Assembly: GCA_031549265.1 (NCBI GenBank)
Contig: JAVBQB010000002.1
Span: 114,210-178,209 of the forward strand
Length of the DNA stretch: 64,000 nt
Direction of reading: 5' to 3'
From: Oscillospiraceae bacterium
Lineage (GTDB): Bacteria; Bacillota; Clostridia; Oscillospirales; JAVBQB01
The position numbers and the translations under genes are program-made. Of this stretch, positions 8,189 to 17,578 are shown one piece after another. Below the pieces are notes generated by a model, which was not told the origin of the DNA, searched no databases, and was given only the letters and a program-made list of their open reading frames with translations. Position 1 is the stretch's first letter. Each line of letters begins with the position of its first letter.

Positions 8189-9238
8189 TCAGTCCGCCAA
8201 TTTGTAGCCGGATTCAATCAGCTTAAAGGAACCGGCAATACCGCCGGTAGTTACGACCGTGTTGTCGGTGGTTATGAAAATACCCTCCGTGTCGGGTAAG
8301 GAGTCAAGCAGCGCGCAGCCCTTTTCCACGCCCAGCACAAAGCACGCTGTTGACAGCTGATCGGCAAGAGTCGAGCTCTTTGAGATGATGGTGACCGACA
8401 GCAGCCCGCTTTTCGGGGGATAACCCGTCGCCGGATCGATAATATGATGGTAGATTTCCCCGTCACGCTCAAAATAATGCTCGTAGCCGCCGGAGGTGAC
8501 GACCGAGGTATCGCTGACCGAAACCACACCGACGATTTTGTCACTGCCGATGACCGGCTCGCGGATGCCTACGTTCCAGTTGGAGCCGTCCGGCTTTTTG
8601 CCGAACGCGTAAATGTTGCCGCCAAAGTCGAGGATCGCGCTCGTGATTGAATTCTCTCTGAAAATCCGGACAGCCTCGTCGCAGGCGTAACCCTTGGCGA
8701 CGCCGCCAAGGTCAATGGACATGCCGTGCTCGGCTAGCTTGACAGTCTTACCGGCGTCGTCGATCTCCAGCTTGCGGAAGTCAACCAGCCGTTTGGCGTT
8801 TGCGATCTCTGCTTCATCAGGGACGCGGGGGTGATCGGTCCCGATGCCCCAGAGCTTGATGAGCGGCCCGATGGTCACGTCAAAAGCGCCGCCCGACAGC
8901 TCCGACATATGCTTCGACTGCCGTATAAGCTCCAGCAGCGGCTCAAACTCAACTTTGCACGCGGTTCCTGCGGCGCTGTTGATCCGGTCGAGCTCGTTGC
9001 CCACGATGGTAGCGGACATCTTGTTATGTATTTCGGATACGCGCGCCAGCGCCTGCTCTGCGGCGGCGGGGACGTCGCCCTTCCGGTCGGCAGGCGCGTC
9101 ATGGACGGTAATTGTTATGACCGTGCCGAGATACTCGTCGGTTGTGTATGACGCAGGAAGCTCCACCGTGCCCGCGCCCGAGCATCCGGTCAAAAGCGCG
9201 AGAGAGACAATCATTGAAATTGCCGCAGTTTTCTTCAT
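8189..9238 (-). CDS. apbE: FAD:protein FMN transferase (ApbE family) lipoprotein
   Basis: Lipoprotein signal MKKTAAISMIVSLALLTGC. ApbE motifs FDVTIGPL, IDLGGVAKGYACDEA, TSGGYEHYF, HHIIDPATG. ATG 9238 behind AGGTGA is preferred over the track start at 9271. Confidence 0.9.
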   Translation of the reverse strand: MKKTAAISMIVSLALLTGCSGAGTVELPASYTTDEYLGTVITITVHDAPADRKGDVPAAAEQALARVSEIHNKMSATIVGNELDRINSAAGTACKVEFEPLLELIRQSKHMSELSGGAFDVTIGPLIKLWGIGTDHPRVPDEAEIANAKRLVDFRKLEIDDAGKTVKLAEHGMSIDLGGVAKGYACDEAVRIFRENSITSAILDFGGNIYAFGKKPDGSNWNVGIREPVIGSDKIVGVVSVSDTSVVTSGGYEHYFERDGEIYHHIIDPATGYPPKSGLLSVTIISKSSTLADQLSTACFVLGVEKGCALLDSLPDTEGIFITTDNTVVTTGGIAGSFKLIESGYKLAD

Positions 9239-9499
9239 AAAGTCACCTGGTAAAAGAATTAATGTTAGCATAGATTAACATATTTGACAGTATATATATT
9301 TGCCGAGAGCATGTCAATATGAAATTTGGCTGTATTTTAGTGTATTCCAGATAAATATACAGCGAATTCCGCCTGACTCCGCTAAAAGAGCAAGAGCTCG
9401 GATAACTTTTCACCAAAGAAAGCGTCAAAGATGCCGGCAAAAAGGACGGCTGCGTAAGGCAGTCGTCCCTCGATGCTTTTTTCAAATTATCAGTCGCGC

Positions 9500-10111
9500 T
9501 TATCGGCAAGGTGGGATTGATCTAAAAACTTTCATGCGGTTCTCGATTGGCGCGAACTGTTTTGCGTCGGGCTGAGCCACGACCGAGCCGAACGGCATTT
9601 GCGCGATCAGCTGCCAGTCATCAGGAACGTCCCACTCTGCCTTGACTTCGGCATCAATGATCGGATTGTAGTGCTGAAGCGACGCGCCGAGTCCCTCAAG
9701 CTCCAGTGCGGTCCAGATTGTGAACTGGAGTATCGCGCTGGCGTGCTGAGACCAAACCGGGAATTTGTCGCTGTAAGTGGGATAGGTCTCCATCAGCCCG
9801 CGGACAGTGGCGTCATCCTCAAAGTAAAGGATGCTGCCGTAACCGGCTACGAACGAATTTACCTTCTCATCGGTGGCGGCAAAGGCTTCGGGCGGGACTA
9901 TGCGCCGGAGCGTTTCCATCACGATTGACCACAATTTCGTGTGATACGCGCCGAAAAGCACAACTACCCTCGAAGTCTGAGAGTTAAAAGCGGACGGGCA
10001 GTGCAGCAAAGCGGTTTCGACGATTTCCAGAATCCGATCCTGCGAAACTGTTATCTCGTTTCCGATAGCGTAGATTGTGCGTCTCTTTTTAACGTTATCC
10101 AAAAATGTCAT
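9500..10111 (-). CDS. Nitroreductase family protein
   Basis: MTFLDNVKKRRTIYAIGNE... and overall nitroreductase-fold sequence features. GGGAGG RBS before ATG 10111. The track ORF extends to 10174. Confidence 0.8.
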   Translation of the reverse strand: MTFLDNVKKRRTIYAIGNEITVSQDRILEIVETALLHCPSAFNSQTSRVVVLFGAYHTKLWSIVMETLRRIVPPEAFAATDEKVNSFVAGYGSILYFEDDATVRGLMETYPTYSDKFPVWSQHASAILQFTIWTALELEGLGASLQHYNPIIDAEVKAEWDVPDDWQLIAQMPFGSVVAQPDAKQFAPIENRMKVFRSIPPCR

Positions 10112-10369
10112 GCAAAAACCTCCCTTAAAACGGTTTGTAAATGAAAGGCGGCGATCCGGACGGCAGGTTACCATAGGACAATCTCATTAATTAGAAGTAT
10201 ACCACTCCGGTAGGTCAAAGTCAATGAGAGGTAAAAATGGAAAAAAGCGCAAGTGTCACCGGAGCTTGAATTCCGTATCCGCCCATGATAAAATGTTCAG
10301 CATAGAAATGTTGACGCTTATAGAGTATTGCCGGTAAAAAGAATACTATGTCTGCGGGTGATTTGCCTT

Positions 10370-10684
10370 ATGATATATCCGTGTATCGGTTGTGGGATTT
10401 GCTGTACATTTCTGAAGGGCATTCCGGAGCTTGCCGGGTTCCACGGCGGCGACGGAGTCTGCGTTAATTTAAAAAACAACCGCTGCGAGATTTACGCGTC
10501 GCGCCCGGATATATGCAGTACTGAGAAAATGTACAGGCTGGTGCTGTCCGAAGATATGAGCGAGAACGAGTTTATTTATTCCAACCTGCATGTCTGCCTT
10601 ATGCTTAACCGAGAGCACGGAGAAATACATAATGTGCGAAAGCTGACCGAAATAATCAAGGAATGGAGATCGAAGCTATCGTGA
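10370..10684 (+). CDS. YkgJ-family cysteine-cluster (putative Fe-S/Zn) protein
   Basis: CIGCGICCTF plus downstream C..C motifs (NNRCEIYASRPDIC). ATG 10370 is preferred over TTG 10328. Confidence 0.65.
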   Translation: MIYPCIGCGICCTFLKGIPELAGFHGGDGVCVNLKNNRCEIYASRPDICSTEKMYRLVLSEDMSENEFIYSNLHVCLMLNREHGEIHNVRKLTEIIKEWRSKLS

Positions 10685-10848
10685 TCCGTCATCTCTTTGG
10701 CGATTTGCGATCGAGCGCAATTCACGCCGGATAAACAGAAATCCGCCGAGCCGTACTGGCCTGGCGGATTTATCATATGCGCGGCTGGTGGTTGACAGAT
10801 GGGCGCCCGGATTCAGCAAGTCGCGGCGTTGAAGTATAACCCGGTCTC

Positions 10849-11901
10849 TCAGCGTGCGCCCAGATAGTATACGTCGCACGTGATGTTGTCGTCGCTCACC
10901 AAGTCGAAACTGAACGGGCAATCCGCCGGCAATACCACTCGCCAGGTGACTAGACCGTCTTCGGCGTTTGTGTCGGAGAATACAGCGTCGCTGAAGCGGT
11001 CCTGTCCGGATTCGCCGGAGCCGCCCTGCTTATACGCGTAAAATTCACCAGAAAAGTAATGGCCGAAAACGTATTTCTCACCGCTGACAGAAAAAATTAC
11101 GTCGTACACGGTGGAACCTGCTACCGGAAATTCGAAGGTGTATGTAAAGACCGCTTCCCTCGCCGAGCGGATATCGAGCTTGAGCGAGACGGGCTTCTGC
11201 TCATCAAATCCGGCGACGTCGGCCTCCGCGTTGACAAGATAGGTTCTGGCCGCGTTTTGGCCGGAATTATCCGGGAGCTGAGTTTCCGGCGCGTTTGCCA
11301 GTTCCTCAAGAATCGCCTGTAACAGCGTTTTGCCGCCGTCTTTGAGCTTCTGATCCAGCGCCTTTGCCGAGACGGTAACTGCGTCGCTGCGGGTAAAGGC
11401 TGATTTCGCGCCGTACTGGCCGGACGTGACGCCCAGCTTGTCGGTAAGCTCCCAGGCGGTACTCCAGGCAAAGTCGCCGTCCGAGCTGTATCCCAGCGCC
11501 CTGAGCACAAACGTCAGGTACTGCGCGGCGCTGACGGTGTCGGTGCCGTTGAATTTCGTCGCGGACATGCCGGAAGTCAGACCGTGCACAAAGGCGTATC
11601 CGACATAGGGCCGCGCCCAGTCCGCAACGTCGGTGAACGGGATTGTCCACGCGCCGGAGAGCGCCTCGGCCTCCTTGCCGAGCAGACGGACGAGGAGGGT
11701 GACGGTTTCCATGCGGTTCGGAGAGCGGTCAAGGTCGTAATTCGGCGTGCCGTCCGCGCTGACGCCGACGCCGTTGAAAAGTCCCAGCTCATGCAGCCGG
11801 TCTGCGGCTTTAACCGCCTCTGCCGGCGCCGCGAAGGCCGGGGCAGCGAGGCTCGCGCAAAGCACCGCGACAATCAGCAGTGATGTTGCTTTTTTAAGCA
11901 T
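10849..11901 (-). CDS. Secreted SLH-domain cell-wall protein
   Basis: Signal peptide MLKKATSLLIVAVLCASLAAPAFA. Repeated SLH motifs (LGLFNGVG, FTDVADWARPYVGYAFVHGLTSG, TRSDAV). Confidence 0.8.
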   Translation of the reverse strand: MLKKATSLLIVAVLCASLAAPAFAAPAEAVKAADRLHELGLFNGVGVSADGTPNYDLDRSPNRMETVTLLVRLLGKEAEALSGAWTIPFTDVADWARPYVGYAFVHGLTSGMSATKFNGTDTVSAAQYLTFVLRALGYSSDGDFAWSTAWELTDKLGVTSGQYGAKSAFTRSDAVTVSAKALDQKLKDGGKTLLQAILEELANAPETQLPDNSGQNAARTYLVNAEADVAGFDEQKPVSLKLDIRSAREAVFTYTFEFPVAGSTVYDVIFSVSGEKYVFGHYFSGEFYAYKQGGSGESGQDRFSDAVFSDTNAEDGLVTWRVVLPADCPFSFDLVSDDNITCDVYYLGAR

Positions 11902-11944
11902 TTTATTGTTCCTCTCTGTTTTATGAAAGTTAGCCGGTCGGGAT

Positions 11945-12310
11945 TCAGCGGCGGGTCAGCTTGCCCAGCGCGTCCTTTTCGGACGGGACGAAGAATATCG
12001 AGTTGCCGTTGTTACATTCGTATATGAAATCTCGGAGCGCCTTGCTCGAATATACGGAAAAGTCGCCAACAATCGCGAGGCGCATCATATAGGTCGAGAA
12101 CTTTTGCAGTACGTCACCCGCAATGCCGGTGCGCAGCTCAAAAAAGTCCTCCGTAATATTTTCCTTGTTTATTACAACCGCGTTGCAGCCGTCGTGATAG
12201 TTTACGTTCATGATTAGATCGAGCGCCGACTGTGTGTCGGTAATAATCACTTCGTTGCCGCTGACGACTGCGATTTTATTTCCGCTGGATTCGACTATCT
12301 TCTTTTCCAA
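11945..12310 (-). CDS. DUF4180 domain-containing protein
   Basis: 121 aa with typical DUF4180 sequence (NKENITEDFFELRTGIAGDVLQKFSTYMMRLAIVGDFS). TTG start 8 nt after AGGAGG. An extended -10 box (TGgTATAAT) lies upstream on the minus strand. Confidence 0.7.
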   Translation of the reverse strand: MEKKIVESSGNKIAVVSGNEVIITDTQSALDLIMNVNYHDGCNAVVINKENITEDFFELRTGIAGDVLQKFSTYMMRLAIVGDFSVYSSKALRDFIYECNNGNSIFFVPSEKDALGKLTRR

Positions 12311-12589
12311 GGGTTTCGCCTCCTGATTTATAGTGAGTGTGCTCCATTATACCACTCTGGACAAAAAATAAAAGCTGGCGCAGGAGAAAAATTGCTTTTT
12401 TGTGAGGGATACCATTGACGGCGCCGAGCCGCGCTTTGATCTGCTCAGTCACCATAAATGACAATCATGCTGCGCTCATTTGATGAACTGTGGCACATCA
12501 TGAGTTTATTTTGCTTAAAAATCGCAGTGCATAACGACCAAGAATAATCATAACATGCCTCGGCTATTATTAACGGAGATACTAACAGA

Positions 12590-12625
12590 GGAGCGCCGCG
12601 ACTGATTTATCAGCCGCAGCGCTCC
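12590..12625. repeat. GC-rich palindromic element, copy A (GGAGCGCCGCGACTGATTTATCAGCCGCAGCGCTCC); probable terminator of the peptidase gene
   Basis: Imperfect hairpin about 50 nt past the stop of the M28 peptidase gene. By-eye alignment gives 30 of 36 identical positions with the element at 15316-15351. Confidence 0.5.
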
Positions 12626-12674
12626 TTATGGTATGAGACTTAATTCAGTTTTTCGAGGATTCGACGCCGGGTAA

Positions 12675-15206
12675 TTACGAAAATGCCTGGATGGCATCCA
12701 GATCAAATCCGTCCAGTCTTGCCAGGAACGTGCTGTACTTGTACCATGCGTCACCCGATCTGAACGAGTTCGCGCCATTAAAGGTATACTCGATGTTTCC
12801 GTTGTCCTTAATGTTAAAGCTGCTCAGAAGAAGACCCGCGTTTGCTTCGTTATAGATGTTGTATTTATGGGTCGCATCGGCAAGCATGACAGCCCCAGCG
12901 CCTGACACGTTTTCTGGGAACCAGACGTTAATTTCCGAGCTGTTGCCGTGTTGCACCAGCTCCTGAGAGAAGCCGTCGATACCGTTGTCGCTGATCATAC
13001 CGAGCTTGCTCAGCAGGTTGCCGGGCGCGTTGAATACCGTTCCGATGTAGAGCTTATCGACGGTCTGGCCATCGACCACGGCGTCAATGAGCCAGATCTC
13101 AGCGGCTTCGGGGTGCCACGCGCCCTGTGTGATTTCATACAGCGTCAGGTCGTAATCATTCGGGCGGTTGACGATGGGAGCGCCGAAGGAATAGGTCACG
13201 TTCTCATAATATCTGAGCGCGGTAATGCCCGCGTTGTTTATTGGAACCAGAGGATTGTTGAAGTCATAGGCATTCTGGCCGCCAAGCGCATTTCCGGTGT
13301 TGACTCGCAGGTCGGGAGCGCTGTCATTGACGCCCTTGGTCTTGGCGCCGGATGTGACTCCGCTTGCCCAGACGGGAGCGGCTTCCGCGCGCGAAACGGT
13401 GATTTCAAGTGAGGCGGTGAATTCGCCGAAGCTCACTGTAACAGTAACGGGGCCCGCGGTGTTGAGGAGAGTGCCGACGGCCGGGTCAGTCGTGTATTCG
13501 GTGACTTCCCGTTCCAGGCCGTCCGCATAAACGCCGGTCACCACCAAGCCGGTGAGGTCGAGCTGTTCGCCGAGCTGATACTCAAGTTTCGCGGGTTTTG
13601 CTGTCAAACGGATTCCGGTTGCAGGGATACGGTAGACGCCGGCGGTATCAAATATCGCGAGAGAGATGATATCGCCTTGCGACTGCATACGGGTTTTGCT
13701 GTAGTTGAGTTCGGGCGTGTCGCCGACTCTGTGATACAGAAGCTCAAAGCCCGTGCCTCTGCGGTTGGAGCGCCAGTCGTACTCAATCGCGTTGAACATA
13801 TTCGCGAAGGCGTTGTCGTTCTTTCTGCCCTCGACGACAAAGGCATAATGGTCGGTTGTCGTGTCATAGCAAAAGAAATAGTTCTCCATCGGGAAGTCCA
13901 GCTTTTCAGCGGCTTTGACCGATGCGTTGTAGGCGATATTTTCCTCGGCAATCGCCACGGCGGCGGGGTTGTCCTTGAGCGCAACATTATTGTCTTTGAT
14001 GGCGCTTTGCAGTGTCTGAAGGCGTGTGTCACTGATGTTGACGAATATGTAATTGCAGTCGTCGGCTCCGGTGGAGATCATGTCCATGTTAAAGTTCGCG
14101 ACAAAATTGGATTTTTCCTCGTCGGACATGTTGTTGCAATAGTTATAAGCGCCGAGCAGTCCGTTTTCTTCGGAGCCAAAGAACATAAACATGATATTAT
14201 ACTCAAACGGTACGTCTTTGAAGGCTCTTGCCATCTCGAGGGTCATCGCCGTGCCGGACGCGTTGTCGTTGCAGCCCGGGCCGGAAATCACCGAGTCGTG
14301 GTGGCAGGATATGTAGACAGTCTTTTTGCTGCCGACAGCAGACGGAAGGTACGCGAAAACGTTCTTGGCGTATTTATCAAGCTCCATGCTGAGGGTGATT
14401 TCTGTGTCGCTATCAAGCAAACTGATGAACTTATCTGCGTCATTATACTTGACGCAGCCGACCGGGATATTTATGTCGGCAGGCTGGTTTGAGATCGCGG
14501 CCGCGGCTATTCTGCTGTAGCCGGTGTTGCCGTCGTCGGCGGGCTTGAGATAGACAAAAACGATGCCGGCCGCGCCAGCTTCAGACAGTTTGCCGATAGC
14601 GTCGGTATATATCGTGGTATACTGGTTGCTGATGATGCTGCCTGATGCGCTGAGCGGGATTATTGCGATTTTGCCGCTGACGTCAATATCAGAGATGTCC
14701 GGCAGCAGGCTGGTGTCGGCGTTCGGCAGATCGACTACAACGGCGGGAGCGGATATCTCGCCGTAGAACTGATATTTACTATTAGCCGCCCATGCGGGGC
14801 CGTATACGTTATATGTATCTTCGCCGATTGTCAGAAGGCCGTTGTTGAAGTAGTTGGGAGTGGGAGCCGAACCTGCGGGATATCTTAGCATCTCAAACTC
14901 TTCCACCCACGGCTGGTAACCGAAGGACTCGAGCTGCCCCGTCAAGTATTCGACCGTCTCGTCCTCCTCGGGCGTGCCTGAGAATCTGGAGCCGATTGTC
15001 TCGGAGAGATAGCGGAGATAAGTCTCGACATTGTCATAATCAAGCCGCTCGACAAAGGCTTTCTCAACCGCGTTCAGACCGTCATGGCTGACCGTCGGTA
15101 TGTCCCCCTCGAAACCGGCCACCGCCGGCAGCGCTGTCAGCAAAAATGTCACTGCCAGTATCATTGCGAGAATACCTTTTCTGCGGAACTTGACTTTTGT
15201 GCCCAT
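12675..15206 (-). CDS. Secreted M28-family aminopeptidase with PA domain and C-terminal extension
   Basis: Signal/anchor ILAMILAVTFLLTALPAVAG. M28 metal-ligand motifs SCHHDS, CNDNASGTA, FFGSEENGLLGAYNY, NFNMDM. The second ATG (15206) is best spaced from AGGAGG. Confidence 0.85.
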   Translation of the reverse strand: MGTKVKFRRKGILAMILAVTFLLTALPAVAGFEGDIPTVSHDGLNAVEKAFVERLDYDNVETYLRYLSETIGSRFSGTPEEDETVEYLTGQLESFGYQPWVEEFEMLRYPAGSAPTPNYFNNGLLTIGEDTYNVYGPAWAANSKYQFYGEISAPAVVVDLPNADTSLLPDISDIDVSGKIAIIPLSASGSIISNQYTTIYTDAIGKLSEAGAAGIVFVYLKPADDGNTGYSRIAAAAISNQPADINIPVGCVKYNDADKFISLLDSDTEITLSMELDKYAKNVFAYLPSAVGSKKTVYISCHHDSVISGPGCNDNASGTAMTLEMARAFKDVPFEYNIMFMFFGSEENGLLGAYNYCNNMSDEEKSNFVANFNMDMISTGADDCNYIFVNISDTRLQTLQSAIKDNNVALKDNPAAVAIAEENIAYNASVKAAEKLDFPMENYFFCYDTTTDHYAFVVEGRKNDNAFANMFNAIEYDWRSNRRGTGFELLYHRVGDTPELNYSKTRMQSQGDIISLAIFDTAGVYRIPATGIRLTAKPAKLEYQLGEQLDLTGLVVTGVYADGLEREVTEYTTDPAVGTLLNTAGPVTVTVSFGEFTASLEITVSRAEAAPVWASGVTSGAKTKGVNDSAPDLRVNTGNALGGQNAYDFNNPLVPINNAGITALRYYENVTYSFGAPIVNRPNDYDLTLYEITQGAWHPEAAEIWLIDAVVDGQTVDKLYIGTVFNAPGNLLSKLGMISDNGIDGFSQELVQHGNSSEINVWFPENVSGAGAVMLADATHKYNIYNEANAGLLLSSFNIKDNGNIEYTFNGANSFRSGDAWYKYSTFLARLDGFDLDAIQAFS

Positions 15207-15313
15207 TTCCATTCCTCCTAAATTAATTTAGCAGGCTAATTATAAAACATGATAAAGTAATAATCAAGTAAAATCACAATTTCTACCAATTTAGCCAAAG
15301 CTGCAACACAAGT

Positions 15314-15353
15314 GCGGAGCGCCGCAGCCGATTGACCAGCCGCGGCGCTCCGC
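15314..15353. repeat. GC-rich palindromic element, copy B (GCGGAGCGCCGC-N16-GCGGCGCTCCGC)
   Basis: Perfect 12-bp stem. It lies between the V-ATPase D stop (15460) and the peptidase start, so it also fits a terminator of the ntp operon. Its core resembles 12590-12625. Confidence 0.5.
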
Positions 15354-15459
15354 AGATATCCAATGCAGTACCGAATAATCTTATTCAGTCTTATCCTAAT
15401 TAAAGTCGCTCAAATGTCGGTCAAATCGCCTTTTTCACCGGCATTCAGCAGCATATTCC

Positions 15460-16122
15460 CTACTCCCGTAATGCATTCGCCTCGAACTGCGCCTTGATCA
15501 TCATATCCTTGACCTTCATCAGCCGGGTCAGATTGCCGCGCTCGTTTTCGTCCAGCTTCATCGTGATATACTTGATAGTCTCCTCAAACTGCGGGATCAT
15601 GACGTATTCCAGCGCGTTGACGCGGCGGCGGGTCTTTTCGATCTCCTGAGCCAGCAGCTGCATGGTCTTTTCGATCTCGGCGAGCTTCAGCATATCCTGA
15701 AACACTTTCGAAAGCGCGGAGATCGCGTCGTCAAGCTCGCCGGACGTCGTGGAGAACGAATAGGGATAGATATCCGACGCCCGGTCACTTTTGGTGACAA
15801 AGGTGTATTCGGGCACGTACACGCTCATTATATTCTTGCTCGATACCTCAAGCGACACCGACTGCTTTGGATAGGCCAGCGACTGCTCCAGCATTTCGGG
15901 CGACATCAGCGACGAAGCGATCGAGAAGCTGACGTGCGATTTCGCAAGCGCTTCCTCGACAGAGGTGCGCAGCTCGCGGTTGATCTGCATTATCTCGAGA
16001 AAACGGCGAACGAGTTCGTCGCGTTTGTCTTTGAGCAGCTTGTGACCGCGGCGGGCGGTGCGCAGTCTGCCCTTGAGGCGCGTGAGCTCCATTCGAGTTG
16101 GATTGACATTGAGTCGTGCCAT
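15460..16122 (-). CDS. ntpD: V-type ATP synthase subunit D
   Basis: MARLNVNPTRMELTRLKGRLRTARRGHKLLKDKRDEL is typical of V/A-ATPase subunit D. It is the last gene of the operon. Confidence 0.95.
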   Translation of the reverse strand: MARLNVNPTRMELTRLKGRLRTARRGHKLLKDKRDELVRRFLEIMQINRELRTSVEEALAKSHVSFSIASSLMSPEMLEQSLAYPKQSVSLEVSSKNIMSVYVPEYTFVTKSDRASDIYPYSFSTTSGELDDAISALSKVFQDMLKLAEIEKTMQLLAQEIEKTRRRVNALEYVMIPQFEETIKYITMKLDENERGNLTRLMKVKDMMIKAQFEANALRE

Positions 16123-16192
16123 TTTTCCCTCCGTCCGGCAGGATTCCCGGGAAATACCACTCCCGAACCGCCGATAAATACCAGAAGACCTG

Positions 16193-17578
16193 TTACTTTT
16201 CCGAGCTGACTGCGTATTTTTCGATAAACTGCGGTCGGATACGCTTGAGCTCGGCTTTAGGCAATATGTCGAGCAATTCCCAGCCTATTGACAGCGTTTC
16301 CTCGATGCTACGGTTGACGTCGTAGCCCTGAGAAACGTACCGCTGTTCAAACTGCTCGGCGAATTTGGCGTACAGCTTGTCGGTGTCGGACAGCGCGGCC
16401 TCGCCGAGGATGGTCATCAGCTCCTTGCAGTCCTTGCCGCGGGCATAGGACGCAAAAAGCTGGTTCATCGTGTCGGCGTGATCCTCGCGCGTTTTACCCG
16501 CGCCGATGCCCTTGTCCTTTAGGCGGGAGAGCGACGGCAGTACGTCCACCGGCGGCTGGAGGTTCTTGCGGTACAGTTCGCGCGACAGGATGATCTGCCC
16601 CTCGGTGATGTACCCGGTCAGGTCGGGGATGGGATGCGTCTTGTCGTCCTCGGGCATAGACAGAATGGGAATCATGGTAATCGAGCCGTCATAGCCGATG
16701 CGGCGTCCGGCGCGTTCGTACATTGTGGCAAGGTCGGTGTACATATAGCCCGGATAGCCGCGGCGTCCGGGGACTTCCTTGCGCGCGGCGGAAACCTCGC
16801 GCATGGCCTCGGCGTAGTTGGTGATGTCGGTCAGGATGACCAGTACGTGCATGTTCAGGTCAAACGCCAGATATTCGGCGGCAGTCAGCGCCATGCGCGG
16901 GGTCGCGATGCGCTCAATCGCCGGGTCGTTGGCGAGGTTGATGAACAGAACCGTCCGGTCGATGGCTCCGGTCTGCTTAAAGTCCGAAATAAAGAAGTCG
17001 GCTTCCTCAAACGTTATGCCGATAGCCGCGAAAACGACGGCAAACGGCGCGTCGGAGGCCAGCACCTTGGCCTGGCGCGCGATCTGGGCGGCAAGCTTTG
17101 CGTGCGGCAGTCCGGAACCGGAGAATATGGGCAGCTTCTGCCCGCGAACCAGTGTGTTCAGCCCGTCAATTGACGAGACGCCGGTCTGGATAAACTCCGA
17201 AGGATAATCGCGGGCGGCGGGGTTCATCGGCAGGCCGTTGATGTCCAGCCGCTTTTCGGCTAGAATGTCCGGCCCGTTGTCGGCGGGTCGTCCCAGCCCG
17301 TCGAAAACGCGGCCCAGAATTTCGTTTGAAACGGCGAGTTCCAGGCTTTTGCCCAGAAACCGCACCTTGCTCGCGGCGAGGTTAATGCCCGCCGACGACT
17401 CGAAGAGCTGAACCAGCGCGTTGGAACCGTCCAGCTCAAGCACGCGGCAGCGGCGCAGTTCGCCGTTTTGCAGCTCGATCTCACCGATCTCGTTATAGGT
17501 CACGCCCTCAACCTCGCGCACAAGCATGAGCGGGCCCGCGACCTCGGATATCGTCCGGTATTCCTTGATAATGCTCAC
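16193..17578 (-). CDS. ntpB: V-type ATP synthase subunit B
   Basis: 461 aa with conserved subunit-B sequence ([29 protein letters not shown]). Overlaps the subunit A gene by 4 nt. Confidence 0.95.
   Translation of the reverse strand: MSIIKEYRTISEVAGPLMLVREVEGVTYNEIGEIELQNGELRRCRVLELDGSNALVQLFESSAGINLAASKVRFLGKSLELAVSNEILGRVFDGLGRPADNGPDILAEKRLDINGLPMNPAARDYPSEFIQTGVSSIDGLNTLVRGQKLPIFSGSGLPHAKLAAQIARQAKVLASDAPFAVVFAAIGITFEEADFFISDFKQTGAIDRTVLFINLANDPAIERIATPRMALTAAEYLAFDLNMHVLVILTDITNYAEAMREVSAARKEVPGRRGYPGYMYTDLATMYERAGRRIGYDGSITMIPILSMPEDDKTHPIPDLTGYITEGQIILSRELYRKNLQPPVDVLPSLSRLKDKGIGAGKTREDHADTMNQLFASYARGKDCKELMTILGEAALSDTDKLYAKFAEQFEQRYVSQGYDVNRSIEETLSIGWELLDILPKAELKRIRPQFIEKYAVSSEK

Noticed and set aside
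12590-15353. GC-rich palindromes as a possible CRISPR array.
   Set aside because: There are only two copies, about 2.7 kb apart, and they flank a normal gene. There is no regular repeat-spacer periodicity anywhere in the window.
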